Below, piece by piece: positions 9,954-18,571 of a stretch of DNA of 64,000 nt. The translations under genes were made by a program, and so were the position numbers. Each line of letters starts with the position of its first letter. Within the stretch, counting starts at the first letter, position 1. This stretch comes from Candidatus Saccharimonadota bacterium (lineage in GTDB: Bacteria; Patescibacteriota; Saccharimonadia; Saccharimonadales; JAUPVS01): positions 3,025-67,024 of the forward strand of contig JBAXGG010000001.1 in assembly GCA_037139495.1 (NCBI GenBank). The letters run 5' to 3'. Below the pieces are notes generated by a model. The model was not told the origin of the DNA. It made no database searches and saw only the letters and a list, made by a program, of their open reading frames with translations.

Positions 9954-11186
9954 ATGACAGTGAAAAAACGTTTTTCTAACCCATCTAAAACTCCGCACCA
10001 AGCGAGGATACACCGACTAAAGAACCATCCCTTTGTCGTCCCTGTAGCAACTTTTTTGGTGCTTTTTATTTTTACCATGCTAGGTTTTATTTTTTTGGGA
10101 GGCAGCACTGTTGGCCCCAGTGATAGCCACATTGTTCATTTATACATAGATGGTAAACAGCAAATACTGCCAAGTCGGGCATCTACCGTTGGAGACTTGC
10201 TAAACCGTGCTCAGGTACAGGTTGGCGAGCATGATGTTGTCGAGCCGTCTCGAGATGCCGAAATTACCGATGACAACTTTAGTATCAACGTCTACCGTGC
10301 TCACGCCGTAACGATTGTTGATACTAGTGACGCTGGCAAGAAAACTTCGCTGGCAACTTACACCGCCCAGCAAAGCCCGACCTCGATAGTTAAACAGGCC
10401 GGTATCCAGTTATTACCTGAAGATACGGCAGTTCTGGCCCCCTCCGATAACGTTCTCCGGGACGGAATAATCAGCCAGAAGGTTGTGGTAGACCGAGCCA
10501 CGCCGGTAAAACTAAACTTGTACGGCGTAACTTATGATGTCCGTACTCATGCTAACACTGTCGAAGAGTTAATGAAGGAGCGTAGCATTAAATACGACGC
10601 TGCTTCGGTTTCTCCCGCTTTAGCCACGCCTATAAAAACCAACGACGCTATATTTGTAACTAATCCGGGTAAGAAAATCGCCACCACTGAGGAGATTATA
10701 GTCGCTGGACAGATTACTGTTAACGACCCGAACCTCGCTTTAGGACAAACTAAAGTTCAGAGTGAGGGCGTCGATGGTAAGAGAGTGGTCGTCTATGAGG
10801 TTGCTGCCGATGGCACTCAAAAAGCACTGCAAACAGTCATAGTGATTGAACCGGTAGCAAAAGTTATAGCCAAAGGCTCTAAGGTTGTTGCAAACCGAAT
10901 CGGTGGCGATAAAGGATCTATCTTAACTGCTGCCGGTGTACCAGCTGGTCAACAAGCCGCCGCTGACTTTGTTATATCGCGTGAATCTGGTTGGAACTTG
11001 GCCGCCCATAACAGCGGCGGTTGCTTAGGCCTCGGCCAAGCTTGCCCAGGTAGTAAACTGGTTAATGCCTGTCCTAACTGGGACACCGATGCCACCTGTC
11101 AGGTTCGCTTCTTTAGCGGTTACTCTAGCCGTTACGGTGGTTGGCAAGGCGCCCAAGAGTTCTGGTTGTTACACGGTTGGTGGTAG
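9954..11186 (+). CDS. Membrane-anchored DUF348/G5-domain cell-wall protein with a C-terminal transglycosylase-like domain (YabE/RpfB-like)
   Basis: N-terminal TM helix and repeated DUF348-like segments. C-terminus ISRESGWNLAAHNSGGCLGLGQ resembles the E-S-x-x-N...G-L-x-Q motif of SLT/Rpf-type muralytic domains. Position immediately upstream of ksgA matches the yabE-ksgA/rpfB-ksgA synteny. Confidence 0.55.
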   Translation: MTVKKRFSNPSKTPHQARIHRLKNHPFVVPVATFLVLFIFTMLGFIFLGGSTVGPSDSHIVHLYIDGKQQILPSRASTVGDLLNRAQVQVGEHDVVEPSRDAEITDDNFSINVYRAHAVTIVDTSDAGKKTSLATYTAQQSPTSIVKQAGIQLLPEDTAVLAPSDNVLRDGIISQKVVVDRATPVKLNLYGVTYDVRTHANTVEELMKERSIKYDAASVSPALATPIKTNDAIFVTNPGKKIATTEEIIVAGQITVNDPNLALGQTKVQSEGVDGKRVVVYEVAADGTQKALQTVIVIEPVAKVIAKGSKVVANRIGGDKGSILTAAGVPAGQQAAADFVISRESGWNLAAHNSGGCLGLGQACPGSKLVNACPNWDTDATCQVRFFSGYSSRYGGWQGAQEFWLLHGWW

Positions 11187-11221
11187 GGTTCCGTTTGGAG
11201 CTTCTCTGATAGAATAATTTA

Positions 11222-12004
11222 ATGACTGAACTACCTTTTGCTAAGAAGTCTTTGGGCCAGCACTGGCTCAATGACCAGGCTACATTAGAAGATATTTGTG
11301 ATAGTGCCGCTTTAACTGGTGATGACACGGTTCTAGAAATCGGGCCGGGGCCGGGAAGCCTAACCAAGCTATTGGTTCAAGAAGTCCAAAAAGTCGTGGC
11401 CGTTGAGTTTGACGAACGCCTTGCTCGCGATTTAGCTTTGTATGTACCGGCTGTCAACCTAGAAGTAGTTCATAGTGACATTCTTAAGTTCGACCTAACT
11501 ACGCTGCCAAAAAACTATAAAGTCGTCGCCAACATACCTTATTATTTGACTAGTAATCTACTTAGGACTCTCAGCGAATCCAGTAACCCACCGCAAATGG
11601 TAATCCTGCTGATTCAAAAAGAGGTGGCTCAGCGCGTCGCTGCCGGGCCAGGCGATATGTCTTTGCTTAGTGTTAGCATCCAGCTTTATTACCAGGCGCA
11701 ACTTGGCGCTAAAGTTCCGGCTGCCTTGTTCAGCCCACCGCCAAAAGTCGACTCGCAGGTTTTAATTTTAACCAAACATGCTAAGCCACTATTTACTGAT
11801 TACTCCCCCGAGAAGATTTTACCAGTGGTGAAGGCTGGTTTTTCGGCTCGCCGTAAAACTTTACTTAACTCCTTGAGCGGGGGGTTGAGGCTTGATAAAC
11901 CAGCTACAATTGAATTACTCCAAAATGCCCAGATTGAACCCAGTAAACGCCCCCAGGAACTTAGCCTCGAGGATTGGCATCGTTTAGCCGTTGTTTATAA
12001 ATAA
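11222..12004 (+). CDS. rsmA: 16S rRNA (adenine1518/1519-N6)-dimethyltransferase
   Basis: LGQHWL and EIGPGPGSLT SAM-binding motifs; 260 aa. Confidence 0.9.
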   Translation: MTELPFAKKSLGQHWLNDQATLEDICDSAALTGDDTVLEIGPGPGSLTKLLVQEVQKVVAVEFDERLARDLALYVPAVNLEVVHSDILKFDLTTLPKNYKVVANIPYYLTSNLLRTLSESSNPPQMVILLIQKEVAQRVAAGPGDMSLLSVSIQLYYQAQLGAKVPAALFSPPPKVDSQVLILTKHAKPLFTDYSPEKILPVVKAGFSARRKTLLNSLSGGLRLDKPATIELLQNAQIEPSKRPQELSLEDWHRLAVVYK

Positions 12005-12072
12005 GCCCCCTGCCCCATTTGATACTTGACGTGTTAAGTATTGGGCTGCTAGACTAAGTTATATGAGGCCTC

Positions 12073-12537
12073 ATGCAGCCAACCAGTAAAATCAGTTTTT
12101 TAATCCAACACCTCGCCTTCTCACTTGGTCATACCAATGATCAGGTTTTACAGGAACAACTTGGTTTAGGGTTTTCACAATTTAAGCTGATGATGGTGTT
12201 ACAGAAGATGCCAAACATTCAGCAAAAACAAATTGCAAACACTCTTAATCAAACTGAAGCAAGTATCAGCCGGCAAATCAAATTGCTACACGAAAAAAGT
12301 CTGCTACAGACCACAATAAGCCCCAAGAATCGACGCGAGCACATCACTACTCTAACCTCGAAAGGTGTTCGTTATACTGAAGAAGCTCGACGAATATTGA
12401 ATAACTACTATCAGCCGATGTTTGATCAGATGAACGATAAAGACCAAGAGCAGTTATTACATCATCTTGGTACTTTGCATGACTTTATCTGTCACGATAA
12501 AAAAACCGACATGTGCCAGAAATACATTAAAGATTAA
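12073..12537 (+). CDS. MarR-family transcriptional regulator
   Basis: Winged-HTH region FSQFKLMMVLQKMPNIQQKQIANTLNQTEASISRQIKLLHEKSLL; located upstream of two MFS pumps. Confidence 0.7.
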   Translation: MQPTSKISFLIQHLAFSLGHTNDQVLQEQLGLGFSQFKLMMVLQKMPNIQQKQIANTLNQTEASISRQIKLLHEKSLLQTTISPKNRREHITTLTSKGVRYTEEARRILNNYYQPMFDQMNDKDQEQLLHHLGTLHDFICHDKKTDMCQKYIKD

Positions 12538-12551
12538 ACCCGGAGAAATGA

Positions 12552-13862
12552 ATGACCCTGACCAGCAAAAAGAACTTATCTAAAAAAGCCTTACCAATTG
12601 TAATTTTTACCGTCTTTCTTGATGTTTTAGGAGTCGGTATTTTGATTCCCATACTGCCCCAGCTAGTATTCAGAGTATTCATACCAGCCGGCTTTACTTA
12701 CGACCAAGCTCTCATTACTTTAGGCTGGCTAGTCGGTATCTATGCCTTGATGCAGTTCATTGCTACGCCTATACTTGGCCAATTGTCGGACCGTTACGGC
12801 CGGAAAAAGATCTTAGCTATTAGTCTGGGAGGGACGGCCATAGGCTATAGTTTGTTCGCTATAGCAATAATTACCAAAAACATTCCGTTACTATTTTTCT
12901 CGAGAGCGTTTGATGGCATCACTGGTGGAAATATTAGTGTAGCTAGAGCAGTGGTTGCCGACGTTACTAAGCCTAAAGATCGTACCAAAAACTTTGGATT
13001 AATCGGTGCTGCTTTTGGGATTGGGTTTGTAATGGGGCCATATATTGGTGCCCGCCTGGCCTCTCCAAGTGTTAGCTTCTTTGGGCTCTTTAATACGCCT
13101 CATTGGTTTAGCGCCTCAACGCCATTTTGGTTCGCGGCTATCCTGGCAGTAATCAATACGACGCTAGTTCTGTTTATTTTGCCGGAGACCCACAAGCACA
13201 TCAACCACAAACTCAAGATGGTTTGGACTAAGTCTTTGAGTAACATAAAACGAGCTGCTGCGTCACCTGGCCTTAGAATTGTATTTACTTCTGAGTTTTT
13301 GTTCTACGGCGGTTTTACATTCTTTACGACTTTCTTCCAGATCTTGCTAATCCAAAAACTGCATTTTACGCAAAGTAACGTTGGCGACTTCTTTGCTTAC
13401 ATTGGTATATGGATCGCCTTAACCCAAGGTGTATTAACGCCACTCCTGGCCAAGTACTTTAAAAACTACCAGATTCTGCGCTTTACCTTTTTTGGGATGG
13501 GCTTGGCTCTGTTTGCTCAGCTGCTGCCATCCAATGCGACCCAGTTGTTGTTTGCCGCTCCGTTAATTGCGATTTTCGTTGGGTTAACTATGGCAAACAC
13601 CTCTGCTTTAATTAGCTTGTCGGCTGGAGCTGAGATGCAGGGAGAAATTCTTGGTATCGATGCCAGTGTACAGGCGCTGGCAACTGCCATACCGGCCATA
13701 ATTAGCGGATACGTAGCAACAATGGGTGTTAATATGCCAGTAATTGTAGGTGCTGTTGTGGTGATGATCGGTGGACTAATATTTGTTGGCTTCTACCGAC
13801 CATCAAACCATCTTTTACATGAAAGCCCAGCCGAAGCTCTGGCAGAATCTAGAGCAGCCTAA
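12552..13862 (+). CDS. MFS transporter (12 TM), putative drug efflux
   Basis: MFS motif A-like GQLSDRYGRKK and 12 hydrophobic segments. Confidence 0.8.
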   Translation: MTLTSKKNLSKKALPIVIFTVFLDVLGVGILIPILPQLVFRVFIPAGFTYDQALITLGWLVGIYALMQFIATPILGQLSDRYGRKKILAISLGGTAIGYSLFAIAIITKNIPLLFFSRAFDGITGGNISVARAVVADVTKPKDRTKNFGLIGAAFGIGFVMGPYIGARLASPSVSFFGLFNTPHWFSASTPFWFAAILAVINTTLVLFILPETHKHINHKLKMVWTKSLSNIKRAAASPGLRIVFTSEFLFYGGFTFFTTFFQILLIQKLHFTQSNVGDFFAYIGIWIALTQGVLTPLLAKYFKNYQILRFTFFGMGLALFAQLLPSNATQLLFAAPLIAIFVGLTMANTSALISLSAGAEMQGEILGIDASVQALATAIPAIISGYVATMGVNMPVIVGAVVVMIGGLIFVGFYRPSNHLLHESPAEALAESRAA

Positions 13863-13863
13863 A

Positions 13864-15549
13864 ATGACTAAGAAGAAAGCTATCTACATCGAAGATATAC
13901 CTGAGAACGCTGCTGAATATCAAAAAGGTCTGCGTAAGTGGCTACCGATTGTAATCTTGAGCTTGGCGCTGATGATTATCATCGTTGATACCACAGTTCT
14001 TAATGTTTCATTAAAGGTAATTTCTCAAGATCTGCACACTAACTTGCAGGGATTGCAGTGGGTAATTACCGCCTACGCTCTAACGTTAGCAGCGTTTACG
14101 ATTACCGGTGGGCGATTGGGTGACTTATTTGGCCGTAAAAAGATGTTCATGATGGGTGCAGTAATCTTTGCCGGTGGTTCGTTTATTACTTCTATCAGCC
14201 ACTCGGTCGGCATTATGTTAATCGGTGAATCGATTATTGAGGGTATTGGTGCCGCCTTGATGATGCCAGCTACGGCTTCTTTGTTGGTAGCGAACTATAA
14301 AGGGCGAGACCGTGCTATTGCCTTTGGAGTTTGGGGTGGTATTGCTGGGGCGTCCTCGGCCATCGGTCCGATTATTGGTGGTTTTTTGACAACCAACTAC
14401 AGCTGGCGCTGGGCCTTCCGTATTAACATTGTAGTAGCCATAGTGCTGTTAATGGGTTCAGTATTTATCGCAGAGTCACGTGATACTCTGGAGAAGAAGG
14501 AGCTCGACTTTGTTGGCGTATTACTGTCGGCAACCGGTTTGTTCGCTTTTGTTTACGGTATTATTGAGGCTCCAACTTACGGTTGGTGGAAAGCTAGCCA
14601 GCCTTGGAGCATTTTAGGACACAGCTTTACGCTAGGCGGTTATTCGATTACCCCAATCGCCATGGGAATTGGTGTCATCTTGCTTGCCTTGTTTGCGCTT
14701 TGGGAAAACTATGCTGAGAAGCAAGGGCATACACCGCTAGTTTCTCTGAAGTTATTTGCCAATACCCAGTTTACATCGGGTGCGAGCACAGTTGCATTGA
14801 TGTCGCTAGGTATGACTGGTTTAATTTTTGCTGTGCCAGTTTTTCTACAATCAGTCCGTAACCTGGATTCTTTGCACACTGGTCTCGCCCTACTACCTTT
14901 GTCGCTGGCTATTTTGATCGTAGCACCTAGTTCGGCAATTCTCGCAAAACACTATAGCGCTAAGAGGATCATTCAAACTGGCTTACTTATAGCCGTAATT
15001 GCTAGTCAGTATCTGCGTTTATTGATTGGTCCTAATGCCACAGCCTGGAATTTGGCGCCTGGCCTGGCTTTGTTTGGCATTGGCCTTGGCCTAGTTTTTG
15101 CTCAAGCTAGCAATCTAACTTTGTCGGCTGTCTCGGTAGAACAATCCGGCGAGGCATCGGGTGTTAATAACACGATGCGCCAGGTTGGTTCGACCTTTGG
15201 CTCGGCTATTATTGGCGCCGTCGTTCTAACTACCCTCGCCAGTGGCTTAGTTAAGGGTGTAATGAATAGTCCAGATATCCCAACCAAGCTTAAACCACAA
15301 TTATCAGCATTTGTAGCCCGCGACGCTTCGGCCGCTAGCTTGGATGGAGTTAAACTAGATAGTAATACGGCCGCGAAATTGCCAGCCAACACGAGCAATG
15401 TATTAACTGATATAGCACATCAAGCCTCGGCAGATGCCAGCCGTAAGGCTATGTTCTACACAGGAGTATTCTTATTGGGTGCATTCACTGTTTCTTTTGC
15501 ACTCCCCAATACGCGTGACCTAGAAGGCAGGGCCGCCGGACGTCACTAG
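13864..15549 (+). CDS. MFS transporter, DHA2-like (14 TM), putative drug efflux
   Basis: GGRLGDLFGRKK motif and 14 hydrophobic segments. Start placed at MTKKK (ATG 13864) rather than the ORF-track start 13783, to avoid overlap with the upstream MFS gene. Confidence 0.75.
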   Translation: MTKKKAIYIEDIPENAAEYQKGLRKWLPIVILSLALMIIIVDTTVLNVSLKVISQDLHTNLQGLQWVITAYALTLAAFTITGGRLGDLFGRKKMFMMGAVIFAGGSFITSISHSVGIMLIGESIIEGIGAALMMPATASLLVANYKGRDRAIAFGVWGGIAGASSAIGPIIGGFLTTNYSWRWAFRINIVVAIVLLMGSVFIAESRDTLEKKELDFVGVLLSATGLFAFVYGIIEAPTYGWWKASQPWSILGHSFTLGGYSITPIAMGIGVILLALFALWENYAEKQGHTPLVSLKLFANTQFTSGASTVALMSLGMTGLIFAVPVFLQSVRNLDSLHTGLALLPLSLAILIVAPSSAILAKHYSAKRIIQTGLLIAVIASQYLRLLIGPNATAWNLAPGLALFGIGLGLVFAQASNLTLSAVSVEQSGEASGVNNTMRQVGSTFGSAIIGAVVLTTLASGLVKGVMNSPDIPTKLKPQLSAFVARDASAASLDGVKLDSNTAAKLPANTSNVLTDIAHQASADASRKAMFYTGVFLLGAFTVSFALPNTRDLEGRAAGRH

Positions 15550-15605
15550 ACGTAAGCACGATAATAATGGTATAATAGTAATACTGCTTAGGCAGGTTAC
15601 GTTAT

Positions 15606-16008
15606 GGGGCTGAATTTTAAGCTCGACGTTGGACTTTATCAGTTAGACTTGCAGGTCGCTTGCTCAGCGTTATAGGGCAAACCAGACTAGATGCAAAATC
15701 TTCTCTACGCGATGCTAAGGTAGCTGTAGCAAACTTGTTTGCACGCAGTGACTTCGCATTTGCAACAGCTTAAGTTTAATTACTTAAGCCGCTTCTTAAT
15801 CGACACCAGATAGATTAAGTCAGCGTCAAATCATCCGGTTGCTTATCGTATCCTGACTCTTTTACGGTACTAAGACTATGAGTCTGCAAGATGTACTATT
15901 TTGTCTGCTTTATACGCACATCCCTAAGACATTTAAGTAGACTATGCCTGTAGACAGCTAACAAAGATAAACTAGCGGACCCGGGGGCAGTACCCGGCAG
16001 CTCCACCA
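15606..16008 (+). ncRNA. ssrA: tmRNA (ssrA), transfer-messenger RNA
   Basis: 5' end GGGGCTGAATTTTAAGCTCGACG and 3' end GGACCCGGGGGCAGTACCCGGCAGCTCCACCA align with the canonical tmRNA tRNA-like ends (E. coli 3' end GGACGGGGGTTCGAATCCCCCCGGCTCCACCA). Acceptor stem GGGGCTG/CAGCTCC contains the alanine-identity G3:U70 wobble. An internal reading frame ending in TAA (roughly ...ANLFARSDFAFATA*) is a plausible tag peptide. A TGgTATAAT -10 lies at 15568-15576 and a terminator hairpin at 16013-16043. Confidence 0.7.
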
Positions 16009-16012
16009 AATG

Positions 16013-16043
16013 AGACTTATCAATATTTGATAGGTCTTTTTTG
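16013..16043 (+). terminator. Rho-independent terminator after tmRNA
   Basis: agacttatcaa/ttgataggtct hairpin followed by tttttt. Confidence 0.5.
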
Positions 16044-16135
16044 TTTGTTCCTAATTTGTAAATTGACCCTACAGAGGGGGTTTGAACTTTGTGGAATTAC
16101 CTGCACACAGTTCCCCTTTAACTAAGATTTTTTCA

Positions 16136-16837
16136 CTAATCGCTAGAAGTCATGAAAACTACCAATCGTTCATCAAAATCGTTTGTGCCTTGAATAATTT
16201 TACCAGCGCAAGTCATTAAGTTTAGACCAGGTTTGCTCACTAAGACAGGGGATAAAACAGTATTCATATCGACTTGATTGGCTGGGTACGTTTTGGAGCT
16301 AACGACTTTATAGTTAAAAATTCTATCATCACCACGAGTGATGCTCACAGTGTCCCCAATTTTCAGCTTCCTCAAGTCATAAAAAAGACCTTTCGCTTGC
16401 CAACTCGATAAGTGGCCAAATATAAACATTGCCCCTCTTTGTCCCGGTTTAGCGCTGCCATTGTACCAGCCGGCGTCGTTAATATTACCTGGGTTGGTAA
16501 TCTGACCATCTTTGACGTCTAAACTAAATACACGAGCCTTATAGATATTAAGTTTTGTAACTGAAATATACTTTGGTAAATCTGGAGCTACTTTGTATTT
16601 TACAAGCATATCATGAGTTGGTTTATCTATAGATGGTGAAGTGGTTATGTGAACGTCTTTTGGTATTTTGGGCCTTGTTATGTTGGAATATATTATAAAG
16701 GAGCAAATGGTTAGTCCAGCAAAGCCCATGACTATCAAAAATATCGGCAACCAAGTTAGAGTTTTCTTTATTGCTTGGTGACCATTAACCCCCGAAATTT
16801 TTGACCACTCTTTTGTCGATTTTTTCTTATAAGCCAT
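16136..16837 (-). CDS. Sortase (class E/F-like transpeptidase), N-terminally membrane-anchored
   Basis: N-terminal TM helix, conserved His region (MFIFGHLSS), TLXTC catalytic motif (LNLMTCAG) and downstream Arg. AT-rich relative to its flanks. Confidence 0.8.
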   Translation of the reverse strand: MAYKKKSTKEWSKISGVNGHQAIKKTLTWLPIFLIVMGFAGLTICSFIIYSNITRPKIPKDVHITTSPSIDKPTHDMLVKYKVAPDLPKYISVTKLNIYKARVFSLDVKDGQITNPGNINDAGWYNGSAKPGQRGAMFIFGHLSSWQAKGLFYDLRKLKIGDTVSITRGDDRIFNYKVVSSKTYPANQVDMNTVLSPVLVSKPGLNLMTCAGKIIQGTNDFDERLVVFMTSSD

Positions 16838-16994
16838 TACTATATATTAACAAATTAGAATGGAACCACCCTAGTCTTAAGATAGAAAAATGAATTTTAG
16901 ATAGAGTCTTTACTTTATAAACAGGCTAAATAGCCATTATTAATACGTTTATGCTAAACTAATATTAAGTGTTCCAGCAAGAGGTAAAATAACT

Positions 16995-18401
16995 ATGAGA
17001 AAACAGCTTCGTTGGTTAATGGGAATAATTTCGGCAATTATTGCCTCTTCATTGTTGCTTTCGCCAACAATAGCACATGCTTTTACGCCGACTTTCAATG
17101 AATATTCCATACCCGGCGGGCCTGCTCAACCATTTGGAATAACAAGCGGCCCAGACGGTAATTTATGGTTTACCGAACGTTCTAAAGACTTTATTGGTAA
17201 AATTACGACCAGCGGAGTTGTCACCGAATATCCTGTTACCACAATCGGCACTGACAAGTTCAGTATCACGGCTGGGCCGGATAATAATCTTTGGTTTACT
17301 GAAGGTAGTGCCAATAAAATTGGTAAAATTACGACCAGCGGAGTTGTTACCGAATATTCCGTGCCAACAGCATCGGCTAACCCATTTCGGATAATTGCTA
17401 GTTCAGATGGTAACTTGTGGTTTACAGAGGAGTCAGCAAGCGGAATTGCGAAAATTACGACCAGCGGAGTTATCACCGAGTACGTTACCCCTACCAGCAA
17501 CTCAGGGCCAGATGGTATAACACTTGGACCAGATGGTAATATTTGGTTTGCGGAGCGTAATACCAATAATATTGCTAAAGTTACTCCAGCTGGAGTGATT
17601 ACTGAATATCACATCGGCAGTTCATTAGATACAAACGTAGTTGTAGCAGGACCAGATGGGAATATTTGGTTTGCGGAATCAACTGCCGGAAAAATTGGAA
17701 AAATGGCAACAGACGGTACAATACTCGCCGAGTTTTCCCTCCCACATACGTCAACCTTCTTCGAGATGGCTGCCGGACCGGAGGGGAACGTATGGTACAC
17801 CCAGCCAATGGCTACTGATGTAATCGGTCGGGTTACGCCGGAGGGTACAATTACCGAATTTACGCCACCAACGAGCAACTTCCAAGTAGCTGGTATAACC
17901 ACTGGACCAGATGGTAATATATGGTTTACCGAGCAATCCGAATCAAAGATAGGTAGTATGACTATTGCTCAAGCACCTGCTATTACTAATAAAACCGTTA
18001 CTGCTATAACCGGTAAACCGGACATCATTAACGTAGTTAGCGGTATCGGCAATAACCCAGGCCCAGCGACATTATCTATTGTGACTGCCCCCATCCATGG
18101 TAGCGCTACAGTGAATACGACAGATGGTACAATTACCTATACTTCGAATAGCGGTTATATTGGTAGTGATAGCTTAACGTATAGACTTTGCTCTGCTGAT
18201 GATATAGCGTCTTGTAAGCAAGCCGTACTTAGCTTCAGCGTTGTGTCTGATGCAGTAATAGCTCCACCTAAAACTGGTTTTGGAGCCTATACTGACAATA
18301 ACCGACAAAAACTGGCATTATACGGAAGTCTTACTACTATGTGTTTAATGACCTCCTACTTTGTGCGTCGTTACAACCGCAAGAATTCAGTGACTATTTA
18401 G
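16995..18401 (+). CDS. Secreted Vgb/streptogramin-lyase-like beta-propeller repeat protein with a C-terminal Ig-like domain and a sortase-type cell-wall sorting signal
   Basis: Signal peptide, then at least 7 tandem ~42-aa repeats of the form GK-ITTSGV-TEY-VP...GPDGNLWFTE (the Vgb-family blade repeat). C-terminus IAPPKTG + hydrophobic stretch + RRYNRKNS fits an LPXTG-like sorting signal. Confidence 0.7.
   Translation: MRKQLRWLMGIISAIIASSLLLSPTIAHAFTPTFNEYSIPGGPAQPFGITSGPDGNLWFTERSKDFIGKITTSGVVTEYPVTTIGTDKFSITAGPDNNLWFTEGSANKIGKITTSGVVTEYSVPTASANPFRIIASSDGNLWFTEESASGIAKITTSGVITEYVTPTSNSGPDGITLGPDGNIWFAERNTNNIAKVTPAGVITEYHIGSSLDTNVVVAGPDGNIWFAESTAGKIGKMATDGTILAEFSLPHTSTFFEMAAGPEGNVWYTQPMATDVIGRVTPEGTITEFTPPTSNFQVAGITTGPDGNIWFTEQSESKIGSMTIAQAPAITNKTVTAITGKPDIINVVSGIGNNPGPATLSIVTAPIHGSATVNTTDGTITYTSNSGYIGSDSLTYRLCSADDIASCKQAVLSFSVVSDAVIAPPKTGFGAYTDNNRQKLALYGSLTTMCLMTSYFVRRYNRKNSVTI
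17190..17500 (+). repeat. Intragenic tandem DNA repeats (about 123-bp period) with near-identical 30-40 bp cores
   Basis: ggtaaaattacgaccagcggagttgt(c/t)accgaatat recurs at about 17198, 17322 and 17443 with only 1-4 mismatches. Confidence 0.6.
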
Positions 18402-18571
18402 AAAACTTACAAGCTTTCTTCTTAATTCATCTTAGTCGCTCTTTCGTTTTTTATAATTTATATGCTTATCACAGAGTAATTAATGCTAACGTTGTAATTT
18501 CATTAATATTTGAGGTGTGAAAAATTATCAAGGTGCCTCACCATTAAAGACTCATCATTTATGAGTCTTTT

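Noticed and set aside
13783-13863. Extended N-terminus of the second MFS gene overlapping the first by 80 nt
   Set aside because: An in-frame ATG at 13864 (MTKKK) directly follows the upstream stop. The hydrophilic extension carries no RBS and is unnecessary.
17126-17566. 146-aa antisense ORF and a 66-aa sense alternate-frame ORF within the propeller repeat region
   Set aside because: Repeat periodicity produces long open alternate frames; the peptides are low-complexity (PSGP/VIT repeats) and have no independent signals.
15550-18571. Prophage or integrative element at the tmRNA 3' end
   Set aside because: No integrase, recombinase, phage structural genes or direct repeat of the tmRNA 3' end were found by eye. 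Only the AT-rich sortase/substrate pair remains, so it is reported as a possible old island and not as a mobile element.
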